Below are positions 34,030 to 47,049 of a stretch of DNA of 64,000 nt, one piece after another. The position numbers were made by a program, and so were the translations under genes. The stretch comes from Stegostoma tigrinum (Eukaryota). Each line of letters begins with the position of its first letter. Within the stretch, counting starts at the first letter, position 1. The stretch spans positions 45,895,734 to 45,959,733 of the forward strand of contig NC_081368.1 in assembly GCF_030684315.1 (NCBI RefSeq). The letters are read 5' to 3'. The notes below the pieces were generated by a model. That model ran no database searches, was not told where the DNA came from, and saw nothing but the letters and a program-made list of their open reading frames with translations.

Positions 34030-34975
34030 AGAGCAGGTTTGTTGTTCCACAGGCGTTTCATTACATCCCCAGTGCAGCCTCTAATGAAGCGTTGGTCTGT
34101 TTTCCTGCCTGGCTCTTAAATTCAGGGGTCCATTGCGATGGAATGCCTCACTTCCGGGTTTCCTCCATAGTAGAATGTATACAGGGTCGAGTTCTATGTG
34201 TTTGTTAATAGCCTGCCTTGTGGAGTGCCATGCTTCCAGGAATTCTTGTACTTGTCTCTGCATAGCCTGTCGCAGGATCTTGGTGTTGCCCCAGTTGAAG
34301 TCGTGGTTCTCCTTGTCCATGTGGATTGAGATGAGTGAGTATTGGTTGTGTCTTTTTGTAGCCACTACCCTACATCAGGAACATGCCAGAACACACCACA
34401 AGACTTCTATGACCACTAGGCATCAGAATGGCACACAAGCCCACATCAACCCTACGACAAGTGCTCACCCAAACTAAAGACCCACTCCCCACCATGGACA
34501 GGACCAATGTCATCTACAAGATCCCTGCAGAGACTGCGCGAAACACTATATCTGACAAACAGGAAGGAAACTAACAACAAGTGCACATGAACAACAACTG
34601 GTTGCAAAAAGAATACTCACTCATCTCAATCCACATGGACAAGGAGAACAACGACTTGGACTAGGACAACACCAAGATCCTGGGACAGGCTGGGCAGAGA
34701 CAAGCACGAGAATTCCTGGAAGCATGGCACTCCACGAAGGTGGCCAATAACAAACACATTGAACTCGACCCCATATATATTCCACTATGGAGGAAACCCA
34801 GAAGGAAGGCAATCCATTGCAATGGACCCCAGAGTTTAAAAGCCACGCTTCATCAGAGGCTGCACTGAGGATGTTACCAAGCATGGTAAAGAAACGTCTG
34901 CGGAAAAACAAACCAGCTCGGTGAGCCAACCAACCTCAACACCCACAACCCGAATCTACAAATCTACTCCAAAAC
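34030..34975 (+). mobile_element. Second PLE family with inverted arm, nested in the Gypsy element
   Basis: GIY-YIG remnant (NVIYKI..YI.QTGRKL, REFLEAWHS); ~34075-34362 is inverted relative to ~34597-34870; hammerhead at 34860-34903. Confidence 0.8.
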
Positions 34976-36523
34976 CTTAGATATGTAATAGTCCCAGAAA
35001 GCTTATTGGCAATATAAATGTTGAAATGTTACAATGTCAATACCAAGCTCAAGGTTTCTTTCTCAATTGCGGAATATTTATTTTGATGATTATTCAATTT
35101 TCTGGAAAAATACCCAACAGGTTTTTCTATCTTCTCATCATCTTCTTGCAAGAGTACAGCACTGACACCCACATCACTTACATTGATAGCCATCTTGAAT
35201 GGCTATATGCAATTAGATGTGGCTATCACTGGGGCAGTGGTTTGTCTCTCCACTGAAATTTTCTGCACTTCTTCAAAAGTCTGTAATTGAGCAACCGCAT
35301 GGTTAAAATTTGGTATGAACTTCTGATAAAAACCACTCAGTCCCAGGAGTCTTAGCACTTCCCTTTTCATTGATGGTATGGGAAACTCCCCAGTAACTTT
35401 TGTTCGCACATCCCTCGGAGCCATCTGTCAATGTTTGATAAATTGGCCCAGGAAGGTGACTTGGGCTTTTTGCAAACTCACTTTTAGCTAGGTTTATCAC
35501 CAAGTCCGCCTCCTGATGTTTATTGAACAATCCTGATACGTGCACCAAATGTTCCTTCTATGTGTTATGGAAGATCATCGATATAAGCCACAAAGTTGGA
35601 TAATTCAAAATGACTTCACTGGTTTGCCTTTGAAATGCGGCTGGCACTTTTTCTTACCAAATGGCATGGCTTTAAATTGGTACAGTCTACTCTGCACCAT
35701 GAAAGCCAAAATTTCCTTCGCTCTTTCAGATAAACATATTTGCCAGTATCCTATAAATATGCCCAACTTTGAAATATAAGTTGCTTGTCCCACCTTGTTA
35801 ACACAGTCTTGCATACATGGAATATGATATGACTTAGATTTTGTAACTGCATTGGCTTTGTGATGGTCCACATATAATCCACACAAAACCATCTGCTTTT
35901 GACACCATTACTATGGGTGAGCTCCAGTCGCTGCAATTCACTTCAATTATATTGTCTTTGAGCATGCACTCAATCGCTTTTTGAATCTGTACCAACTTTA
36001 GAGGGTTAAGTCATCAAATGCTTTGCTACTTTCATGTACTGTCTAGCCAATTCACCTGTTCTATTTAATTATTCCCTAAAATTTGACATATAGTCCAAAT
36101 GTCTGGTCTCTGAACTCACCGATTTCTCCTTAATCAATTTCAATGGTCATCTTACCTCATGCCCAAAATCTATTTCAAATTGACAGAATTTAGTGGATAT
36201 ATTTGGTGCATCCCTACGGTATAAAGTATAATGAAATTCCATTATCCAAATCCTCTGGATAGTCTTGACTATATGCTTTCAGCATAGTCTTTAAAGTTTG
36301 ATGTCACCATTCTAATGCTCCTTGTAGTTCTGGATGGTACTCAGTAGTTTTGAATTGTTCTATTCCTAGCCTGTCCATAACATCCTTGAATAACTTTGAC
36401 ATAAAATCTGACCTTTGATCTGATTGTATCTCTGTGGGTAGGCCATGTCTAGTGAAAAATGACAGTAATTCTTCTACAATGCTTTTAACCAAGATGCTGC
36501 ATAATGGAATAGCCCCTGGAAAT

Positions 36524-36692
36524 GAACACGGCAGGCCAAGCAGCATCAGAGGAACAGAAAGGCTGATGTTTCGGGCCTAGACCCTTCTTCAGGAATGGAA
36601 GGCTTTTCCGAAGAAGGGTCTAGGCCCAAAATGTCAGCCTTGCTGCTCCTCTGATGCTGCTTGGCCTGCTGTGTTCATCCGGCTCTGCACCT
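36524..36692. mobile_element. Head-to-head PLE termini inserted in the Gypsy integrase
   Basis: Inverted PLE ends centred near 36600. Confidence 0.75.
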
Positions 36693-38110
36693 AATACTGA
36701 CTCCCACATTTTTTTTAGGTAGCAGTCCTTTGCAATCAATTAAAACTCGTTGAAAGGTTCCTCAAATGCAGGAATGAGTAGTAAAGGTGCTGGTTTTTAT
36801 CACTGCATGAGGTTTTCTATTTAGCTGACACATATGACATGTGAAGCAAACTTCAATCACATGCATATACAATCCAGGCCAATAAAAATGTTTTTTGTAT
36901 AATTGCTTGAGTTTTCCTTACTCCCAAATGACTTCCAACTGTATATTCATATGCTACCCACAATACCTCCTTTCCAGAGCCCATCAGTAATACAACTCCA
37001 TGAACTTCTGCCCATTTCTCATCTGCCTGAATATGTGATGGTCTCTATTTCCCCATCAAGACATCATTTTTAAGGTTGTAACATTCTGGGTAAAACTCTT
37101 TTTTTCGATATAACTGCTTTAGTTTTTCATCTTTCCATTGTAATTCAGCTAAATTTTCTGTACTAAATATAGTCACTTCTCCCTCCACCTGTTCTTGTGT
37201 TATTCTCAACCATTTGATCAAACATAGTATCTGATTATTGAACTTCAACTTCCTTATCTTTATTCCTTGGTTTCTCCTTCTGTTTCCACCTGCAGCCACG
37301 TAGTTGGGAAAAATCCCAGGATATGCTTCCTGTAACACCTCAGTTGCCTGATTATCCACTGGCTTTTCAATATGCATCACTCCCACCCGTACATTCTTTG
37401 GCAGCTTTTTAGCTTCAAACGTTTTGTTTTCCTTTACCACTTCAACAAAGCTCACTGGCTTACCCTGTTTTCCCAAATCCGCCTTCACGGTGCTTTTTCT
37501 AAACCATCAACACTGTGACTTCATGTAGCCTTCTTAATTACAATGATAACAGCTGAGGTTTATAGCTTCTCTTTCACCCTCATGAGTTTCCTTTCTACCC
37601 TGTGGTAAACTATCTTACCGTCTTCAATGAGATCTTCTCTTCCCTTGCCACCTGAGGATTTTTCTTTTCCCCAATTCCTATCCCTCACAGTTTGAAATTA
37701 ATGTTGGAAACCAAATTTTGATTTATGAACCAACTCACAATCATCTGCCATTTCTGTTGCTCTCTGCTTTTCCCCATGAGTAATACTTTAAAGAAGTTTA
37801 CTAAATTCATGAAGCATTATTTTCTGTTTGCAAAACCATGTTGCCTCTGCCTGATTGTAGTTTAATTTTGGAATTGTCCTCTTATTATTTCCTTATAATG
37901 GGATTGTAGTATTTTTACGATGACAATTGTTAGACAAACTGGCCTATAGTTTCTAACCTGCTGCTTTATTGTTTTCTTGAATAAAGTGAAACATTTGCAA
38001 AATACAATTATTTGAGAGCCATAGGGATTAAGGCTGAATCTCCAACTATTTACAATCTATTTTAATATTTTCAGGGAAGTATTGGCTGTATTGCGGACAA
38101 ATCTATTTGT

Positions 38111-39835
38111 GTGGCTGAGGAAATGGCTGAAGAATTCAATAATTACTTTGCATCAGTCTTCACAGTCCAAGACATGAGTAATCTCCCAAAAATTGAAGAG
38201 GATCGGGGGAGAGAGCTGAGTATGATGGCCATCACTAAGGAAAAAGTGCTAGTAAAACTGATTGGCCTGAACATGGGTAAATCACCTTGCCCAGATGGAC
38301 TACACCCCAGAATTCTAAAAGAGAAAGTTGAAGATATAGTGGAAGATCTTTCAGGAATCACTGGAGTCAGGGAGGGTCCCAGAGGGCTGGAAAATCACTA
38401 ATGTGACACCCCTGTTTAAAAAGGGAGTAAAGAAAGAGACAGAAAATTACAGGCTGATTAGCCTAACCTCGGCCCTGGGTAAGATTTTGGAGTCCATTGT
38501 AAAGGATGAGATTGCTGAATATTTGGAAGTGTATGGTAAAGTAGGGTAAAGTCAGCATGGTTTCCTTAAGGGGAGGGCATGCCTGACAGATCTGCTACAA
38601 TTGTTTGAGGAAGTAACAAGCAAAGTAGAGTAAGGAGAGCCAGTGGATGTTTTCTACATGGACTTCAAGAAGGCCTTTGACAAGGTGCCACACAAAAGAC
38701 TATTGAGTAAGATAAGGGCCACTGATGTTAGAGGCAAGGTGCTAGCATGGATAGAAGATTGGCTGTCTGGCAGAAAGCCAGAGAGTGGGGATAAAGGGTC
38801 TTTCTCAGGATGGCAGCTGGTGACAAGTGGTATTCCGCAATGGTTCGTGTTGGGACCACAACTTTTCACTTTATACATTAATGATCTAGATGAAGGAACT
38901 GTGGGCATTCTGGCTAAGTTTGCAGATTGTACAAAGATAGGTGGAGGGACAGGTAGAATTGAGGATTTAGGGATGTTGCAGAAGGATTTGGACAGGTTAG
39001 GGCTGTGGGCAAAGAAGTGGCAGATGGAGTACAACGTGGGAAAGTGTGAGCTCATGCACTTTGGTAAGAAAAACAAAAGCATGGACTATTTTCTAAATGG
39101 GGAGAAAATTCAGAAGTCTGAAGTGCAAAGAGACTTTGGAGTTCTAGTCCAGGATTCTCTCGAGGTAAACTTGCAGGTTGAGTCAGTAGTCAGGAAGGCA
39201 AATGCAATGTTGGCATTTATTTTGAGATGATTGAATATAAAATCTGATATACTCCTGATGCTTTATAAGCCTTTGGTCAGGTTGCATTTGGAGTATTGTG
39301 TGCAGTTTCAAGCCCCGAATCTCAGGAAGCATACTGGCCCTGGAGTGGGTTCAGAAGATGTTCACTTGAATGCCCCAGGAATGAAAAGCTTAAAATATGA
39401 GGAACGTTTGAGCACTCTGGGGATAAATTCATTGGCATTTAGAAGGATGAGGGGGGATCTAATTGAACCTTACAAAATGCTGAATGGCCTGGACAGAGTG
39501 GATGTTGGGAAGATGCTTCCATTAGTAGGAGAGACTAGGACCTGAGGGTACACCCTTAGCGGAAAGGGAAGACCTTTTAGAAGAGAGATTAGGAGAAATG
39601 TCTTCTGCCAGAGAGTGGTGAATCTATGGAATTCACTGCCATGTAAGGCTGTGGAGGCCAGGTCATTGAGTACATTTGTGACTGAGATAGATAGGTTCTT
39701 GCTTATCAAGGGGATGAAGGGTTATGGGGAGAAAGCGGGAGAATGGGTTTGAGGAAATTAGCAGCCATGATTGAATGATGGGGCAGATTCAATGGCCAAA
39801 TGGCCTAATTTCTGCTCCTACGTCTTATGGTCTTA
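38111..39835 (+). mobile_element. CR1-type LINE ORF2 remnant (RT)
   Basis: KSPCPDGLHPRILKE, YMDFKKAFDKVPH, SGIPQ..VLGP, YINDLD, KFAD; tail TCTTATGGTCTTA. Confidence 0.92.
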
Positions 39836-41104
39836 GATAAGAAAATCAGTGCATTCCAAATGGAATCAGTTATCACTGATTAGCCAATTGATGTTAAGTT
39901 TGATGCAGGAGCTCACATCATTTCCTTATCAGATCATTTACCACAGGTAAAGAAGCGGAAATTATAGGCTTTAGGGATGAAAATATATGGTCCAGGTAGA
40001 AAAGTATTCAAGATTAAAGGTATTGTACAAGCATCACTGTGGCACAAATGGTATAGAATAGAGAGAATGCAGATGTAATTCATTATTAAGAAAATTTACT
40101 CTTGAGCATGCATATATCTTGACCTCAGAATACTGGAAGTATTAAGTAAGGTTAGTCACACTGGACAGTGAACAAACTGTTGGGGTAATCCAGAGGAATT
40201 TGAAGAAATGGGGTTAAGGATTGTGGTGAGGGAATCTCAAGGTGAATGGGGGATTGTGGAGCAGCATCAGAGGGCATGGAAGGCTGTGGGAGTGGATGTT
40301 ACTGATGTGACTACAGCCACAGCCTTCTCAGGACGACCGTAAAGGAGTGAGGTGGACATCATTAATATGTTCGGGTCAGAATGGGCAATTGTATACAAAT
40401 CTCAATGTGGTAGATCACTATGTTGGGAGAGTACGTCACTAAGGGCTGCCAGGGTAGTGTAATAGGATTGTGCAATGCAGGCTGATAACCAGATACAGCC
40501 CACTGCTGATGGTGTCCAGCGTAGGCTGTGTTCCTGCCATTCACTTTTTCTTTGCTAGATGCAAAAATCTACAACAAAATGGCTGGAACAATGCATAACA
40601 TAAGCAGAATAAGTGTCAGTTTGATGGTGAAGTGCCCAGGATCCATGTTTGCTGACACCACGACATTACAGATACAATAACATGAAGCAGCTGTTTGCAA
40701 AGTGCGGCTACAATGAATGTGCAATTCTTTTATTGTGCACTTACTGTGCATTCAGATTGAGGGTACACAACGGTCAAAGACGATTTGCTACATGCCATTA
40801 GTGCTTGTAAGTTGAACTTGGACATCTCAATAGCTGTTAGCAAAAAGGATACAAAAGACCAATGCTGGCTGAGGGGAAATATTATTCTTGTAACTTCTTG
40901 TGCGAACCACACACATTGAGTCTTCATTTAATGTCTAAGGGTAACAATGTTCTGTGCTGAACGCAGAATGAGGTGCAGTATTTGATACTTGGGCGTAGGG
41001 TTAGGAGGATGGTTTTGCACTCCCTTTCTGCTAAATGGGTTTGCCACTCAACAAGCGTGGCACCTTTACCAAGTTGCTACACATGATAACACTAAATGTG
41101 GTTT

Positions 41105-41450
41105 AAAGCAGACAGGGTAAATGCTGAGGGGATGCTTCCCCTCATGGGAGAGGCTAGGATCAGAGTGCACAGACTCAGAATAAAGGGGTGTCAATTTAAG
41201 TCTGAGATGAGGAGGAATTTCTTCTCTCAGAGGGTTGTGGGACTTCGGAACTTGTTGCCACAAAGAGCTGTGGGGCAGATTCTTTTTGCATATTTAAGGC
41301 TGAGATGGATCATACTTCATCAGTCGGGGAATCAAGGGTAAAATGCAGGAAAACAATTGTGTGGAATGCTGGGTCAGCCGTGATATTACTAAATAGTGGG
41401 ACAGACTCGAAGGAGAGACTGTCCTTATTCTGTTCCTGTTTCTTATGGTA
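41105..41450 (+). mobile_element. CR1-type LINE 3' fragment
   Basis: RRNFFSQRVV.L.NLLPQRAV. Confidence 0.75.
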
Positions 41451-41759
41451 TGATCTTGTCTCCCCCTGTTATCTGTATCTAACGTGTCTTACTGAGTGAA
41501 GTGTGCTTAGTCCTCATCAGGACATGCCACCGATGACTGTTCTGAGTTTGAAGAAACTCTTTTACTCCTTCTGTGTCCTTTCTAGTAAGTCAAAGGTGCT
41601 GCTGCTGGGGAAGTTGGTTGCTGTCACTGGCTTCCAAAGTTGGTGCAGGCAGAGGCAGGAAGATCAAGGCTGGTGGCAAAGTAAGGAGCAGCAGCTGACT
41701 GGCTCAGAAACGGACGAGCAGTCAGCTCAGGGAGAGGTCACAGGGCCCCTCTGGATAGG

Positions 41760-42650
41760 TGGAATTTACAGGAGACCGACAGCTTTATGAACTTGTCTTC
41801 ATTTCCTGGGGCTGAGTGAGGCACAATGCCTACGCAGATTTCTGCTAGTGTGTGACATGGTGATGGAACTGTACTGGATGCTGGAATGGGACCCAAGGAA
41901 GGTAAGAGCAAGATGCCATCCATACCTAGTGGGTGGGAAAGTCACAGCTGAACTAAATCCTCATTTGATTGGCTGCTCCTGGGGAACGAGGGTGACCTGC
42001 GTGGAATCTCTCAGTCATACACTCACTAAAATACCAGGGCAACGACCACTCCACATCTGTGTAAGGTCACAAACCAGCTCATTCCATTCCCTCATGATAA
42101 AGTCAGTGCCACAGCTTGTGCAGTAGGATTTGGGAATATATCTAGCATCCCTCAGGTGGAGGGAGCCATCAATAATACATTTATCGCACTTAGAGGGTCA
42201 TATCACACCACAGCTGACTTCATTATTAGAAAGAGTTTTCATTTAATTATTGTCCAATTGATTTGTGATCACCATTATCACTTCCTGGAGCTGTGTCCCT
42301 ACTACTCTGACAAATCCCATGATTTGTACATTCTGGAGCACTCTTATGCCTTGAGAATCCAGACGACTTATAAGGTTGTTTACTGCGAGACAAGGACTAC
42401 CAAAGCAACCAGGACACAACACCACGACTGATGCAGAGCTCTGTTACAATGCCATCCATGCAGCAACTGGTACTGTGGTGAGCAAAGTATAGGGCTCGTC
42501 AAGAGGTGGTTCCAGTGCTTGGACTGATCTTAGGGGGCACGCTGGTAAGGCCTATAAAGAATGAACTACCTCATCCTGGCATGCTGTGCCCTGTACAATT
42601 GGACCAGACAATGAAGTGATGACCTAGCTATGGAAGAACTGGGGGAGCAG
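41760..42650 (+). mobile_element. Decayed PIF/Harbinger (HARBI1-like) transposase
   Basis: Remnants GKVTAELN, GDLRGISQ, PQVEGAINNT, RKSFH...VQLICDH, YNAIH, ILACCALYN. Confidence 0.7.
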
Positions 42651-44254
42651 ATGAGGACAAGGACATTGTGGTGCAGGATGCTGACATTGTCTATGTCAGA
42701 GTTCAGCTACAACAGATCCTACAATCCAAGAAAAACCTTATTGATATTGCTCCCAATAGAAGAGAGCTGGTTGCAGCACACAATCATTGACCCTCAAATA
42801 TTTTGGATACCATGTCAAAATCTGGTTTAGCACTGACTAAAATTCAGATGAAAAAAATACTAGCAAAGTTTTCAAGATGATGCAACCAATGTGAAAAAGA
42901 ATGAGCAGCACAATTCATTAATCAATCTTTAACTGAAATTTGGCAACACCACACACTATGGTGACGAAAGTGGAATGATTTGAATATATTTATGATGAAA
43001 CAACCTGTGTTTAAGAGGAAGAACTAAATTCCACATCTCCCCAAGAAGAAACAACAATCCCAGCAACAGAGCTGAGTCAACTGCAACCATTATCTAAATG
43101 ACTGAAGATACGACATATTAGGTTCACTAATACAGAAGTACTGAGGGTGAATGATGATGTTTAATCAAGTTCACACCTTCATATAAATAGTCTACATGCT
43201 GCAAAATAGGCTTATCAGCAGACTGGGAATTAAGATTTGTAGGAAATCAAGGGTGCTCCTGAAAAGGAAATGGACCTGCTGCCTGGTTTAGCAGGACTGA
43301 TATTATCACTGAATGATATCCAAGAACTAATAAGTCCTCTAGTGTAGAGAGATTTTGTGCAACTCACAGGGTTGAGAACAGAATCAATGTCAATAGTCCT
43401 CAAGCCAAAGACCCACCAATCTTTCAAGATGAAAAAGAATGCATTGTGGAAGAACTGTGAAACCTTGAGACTGCCTGTTTTCTACGGTCAGAGATTGGAG
43501 GAAATGTGGGGAGTGGCATTTACGAACATTTGTGTACACAAGCATATGAATGTTAATCGTGGAAAACTGTTTGTGGGAGGAGGTTGTACAAGACAATGGT
43601 TCTGAAGGGATTAACAAAGAAGACTGCATTAAGATCCATTCAATCTGATGATGTTATAAGTTCTTGAGTGGGAAAAGGCAGAATGTTTCAGGATCTTTGA
43701 CAATGAAGACCTATATCCTCAGTTTCCACATAGTCTCTGTAACAATGTCTAACCTATGAATATAAACTGTACCTGATTGCTATTATGCAATTAATTACAT
43801 CTTGTTTAGGACAACAGCCTTTTCTCATCAAGACTCAGCTCTCCCACTCGCCTCTGCCATTGTAAACCAGCCAGCCCTCAGACCCCGTCAACAAAAGAGG
43901 ATGGCGGCAGCAATCCAATCTTAGTCACAAACTGGCAGCAGTTAGCAATGTTGCTCAAGGTTGTTCAAAAAAAAAACAAAAGCATATAATTTAAATGGAA
44001 AAAGTTGCAAACTGCTGTGATATTGGAGTATGGAAGCCCTTATTTATGAATCACAAATAATGATTTCAAAGGTAAAGCAAGAAATTGAAAAGGCAATTGA
44101 ATACTGGCCTTTATTACAAAGGGGGATTGTGTATAAAGGTAGGACATTAGTAAGACCGCACCAAGAGTGTTGTATACAGAACCAAACACCTTGGTCAAGG
44201 AAGTAACAACTGCTTAAGAGGATAAATTGAACAGATTGGTCTTCTACAGAAGTT

Positions 44255-46523
44255 GACTAGTCATGTTGCAACTGTTTAAAACTTCAGTTAGGCCACATTT
44301 GGAGCATTGTGTACAATTCTGGTTGCTACACTACATGAAGAATGTTGAAGCTTTGGAGAGGATGCAAAGGAGGTTTACCAGGATATTTATTTGCCAGGAC
44401 AAAGGGGGTGGCCATGGGCACCTGCATGGGCCCCAGGTATGCCTGCCTCTTTGTAGGTTACGTGGAACAGTCCCTCTTCCGCACCTACACAGGTCCCAAA
44501 CCCCACCTCTTCCTCCGTTACATTGATGACTGTATCGGCGCCGCCTCTTGCTCCCCAGAGGAGCCCGAACAGTTCATCCACTTCACCAACACCTTCCACC
44601 CCAACCTTCAGTTCACCTGGGCCATCTCCAGCACATCCCTCACCTTCCTGGACCTCTCAGTCTCCATCTCAGGCAACCAGCTTGTAACTGATGTCCATTT
44701 CAAGCCCACCGACTCCCACAGCTACCTAGAATACACCTCCTCCCACCGACCCTCCTGCAAAAATTCCATCCCCTATTCCCAATTCCTCCACCTCCGCCGC
44801 ATCTGCCCCCACAATGAGGCATTCCACTCACGCGCATCCCAGATGTCCAAGTTCTTCAAGGACCGGAACTTGCCCCCCACAGTGGTCGAGAACGCCCTTG
44901 ACCCCGTCTCCTGCATTTCCCGCAACACATCCCTCACACCCCACCCCCGCCACAACCACCCAAAGAGGATCCCCCTCATTCTCACACACCACCCCACCAA
45001 CCTCCGGATACAACACATCATCCTCCGACACTTCCGCCATCTACAATCCGACCCCACCACCCAAGACATTTTTCCATCCCCACCCTTGTCTGCTTTCCGG
45101 AGAAACCACTCTCTCCGTGACTCCCTTGTTTGCTCCACACTGCCCTCTAACCCCACCACACCCGGCACCTTCCCCTTCAACCGCACGAAGTGCTACACTT
45201 GCCCCCACACTTCCTCCCTCACCCCCATCCCAGGCCCCAAGATGACATTCCACATTAAGCAGAGGTTCACCTGCACATCTGCCAATGTGGTATACTGCAT
45301 CCATTGTACCCGGTGTGGCTTCCTCTACATTGGGGAAATCAAGCGGAGGCTTGGGGACCGCTTTGCAGAACACCTCCGCTCGGTTCGCAACAAACAATTG
45401 CACCTCCCAGTCGCGAACCATTTTAACTCCCCCTCCCATTCCTCAGATGACACGTCCATCATGGGCCTCCTGCAGTGCCACAATGATACCACCCGAAGGT
45501 TGCAGGAACAGCAACTCATATTCCGCTCGGGAACCCTGCAGCCCAATGGTATCAATGTGGGCTTCACCAGCTTCAAAATCTCCCCTTCCCCCACCGCATC
45601 CCAAAACCAACCCAGTTCGTCCCCTCCCCCCAGTGCACCACACAACCAGCCCAGCTCTTCCCCTCCCCCCATTGCATCCCAAAACCAGCCCAACCTGTCT
45701 CTGCCTCCCTAACCTGTTCTTCCTCTCACCCATCCCTTCCTCCCACCCCAAGCCGCACCTCCATTTCCTACCTACTAACCTCATCCCACCTCCTTGGCCT
45801 GTCCGTCTTCCCTGGACTGACCTATCCCCTCCCTACCTCCCCACCTATACTCTACTCTCCACTTATCTTCTTTTCTCTCCATCTTCGGTCCGCCTCCCCC
45901 TCTCTCCCTATTTATTCCAGAACTCTCACCCCATCCCCCTCTCTGATGAAGGGTCTAGGCCCGAAACGTCAGCTTTTGTGCTCCTGAGATGCTGCTGGGC
46001 CTGCTGTGTTCATCCAGCTCCACACTTTATTATCTTGGATCCTCCAGCATCTGCAGTTCCCATTATCACTTTACCAGGATATTGCCTGGATTAGAGTGAA
46101 TTAACTATAATGCAAGGCTGGCAAGCTTAAATTAATTTTGCGAGATTGCCAGAGGCTGAGAGACAACCTGATAGAAGTATGAGAGGCATGAATAGGGTGG
46201 AAAGTTGGAAACTTTTTCGCAGGGTGGAAATGTCAAATACTAGGAGGTATAAGGTGAGAGGGGGAAAGTTTAATGGAGATGTGTGAGACAGGTTTTTTGG
46301 CAGAGGATGGTAAGTGGCTGGAATTCACTGCCAGTGAAGGTGGTAGAGCTAGACACAATAGCAATGCTTAAGAGGCATTTAGACAGACAGATGAGCAGGC
46401 AGGGACTACAGGGATATAGACCATGTGCAGGCAGATGAAACTGGTTAAGATTGGCATCATGATTGATACAGACATAATGGGTCAAAGGGCCTGTTCCTGT
46501 GATGTGCTGTTCAATGTTCTATA
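44255..46523 (+). mobile_element. CR1-type LINE 3' fragment interrupted by a PLE
   Basis: VRPHLEHCVQFW...RRFTRI resumes at 46070; tail TGTTCAATGTTCTA. Confidence 0.8.
44388..46069 (+). mobile_element. Penelope-like element, 5'-truncated, open RT-GIY-YIG frame
   Basis: ORF to 45712 with GVAMG, RYIDD, FLD and VVYC...YIGE; 14-bp TSD TTTACCAGGATATT (44374-44387, 46070-46083). Confidence 0.95.
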
Positions 46524-47049
46524 GACTAACTACTGGAGTTTAGAAGAATAAAAAGTGACTTTTGTGAATGTGCAAGATTCTATCAGTCTTGAAAGGATAA
46601 GTGGTGCAAGAATGATTCCCCTCATGGGGAAGATCAAAAACTGCAGACACAGTTACAAACTAAAGCGTTGACAATTAAGATGAAAATGAGGAGGAATTCT
46701 TTTCCTAGAGGGTCATCAGTCTTTGTAATCATCTTCATGAGACAACAGAGTAAGCTGGTATATAATGATATTTATTACTTTGATTATATTCAAAGCTGAG
46801 TTAGACAGGTGTCTTTAAGAGAGTAAAGAGCTGTGGAGATCAAGAAAGTATATTGATTTGAGACCACAGTCACATCAGGCATGATATTAGAATGGCCCAA
46901 GACTGCTTCTTTTTCTTAAGGTATTCTTATCTGTTGCATTGATATTTGGGAATGAGGGCAGTCTTGGTGTGTAGCATGAAGTAATATGTGTTGATATGTC
47001 CTGAACCTTGACATAAGGTTTGCAAAACGGCCCCAGGATACTTTTTGCC

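Larger units (their letters stand above)
32763..37790 (-). mobile_element. Decayed Gypsy LTR retrotransposon, Gmr1-like (integrase upstream of RT)
   Basis: Order on the minus strand: gag zinc-knuckle remnant (~37510-37555), integrase (HGLPTEIQSDQ, YHPE.QGALE; 36304-36546), RT (GYWQI, YQFKAMPFG; 35300-35900), RNase H remnant. Putative LTR TG...CA at 32763-33663 with an adjacent purine-rich tract. Confidence 0.8.

Noticed and set aside
40230-40545. Possible further Harbinger remnant (HYPGS-like) on the minus strand
   Set aside because: Too decayed to support as a feature.
43030-43660. Coding-like stretch, possible pseudogene
   Set aside because: Multiple stops and no motif I can recognise.
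44342-45712. 456-aa ORF as a novel fusion protein
   Set aside because: The start codon comes from a flanking CR1 fragment fused by chance to a truncated PLE; the TSD marks the junction.
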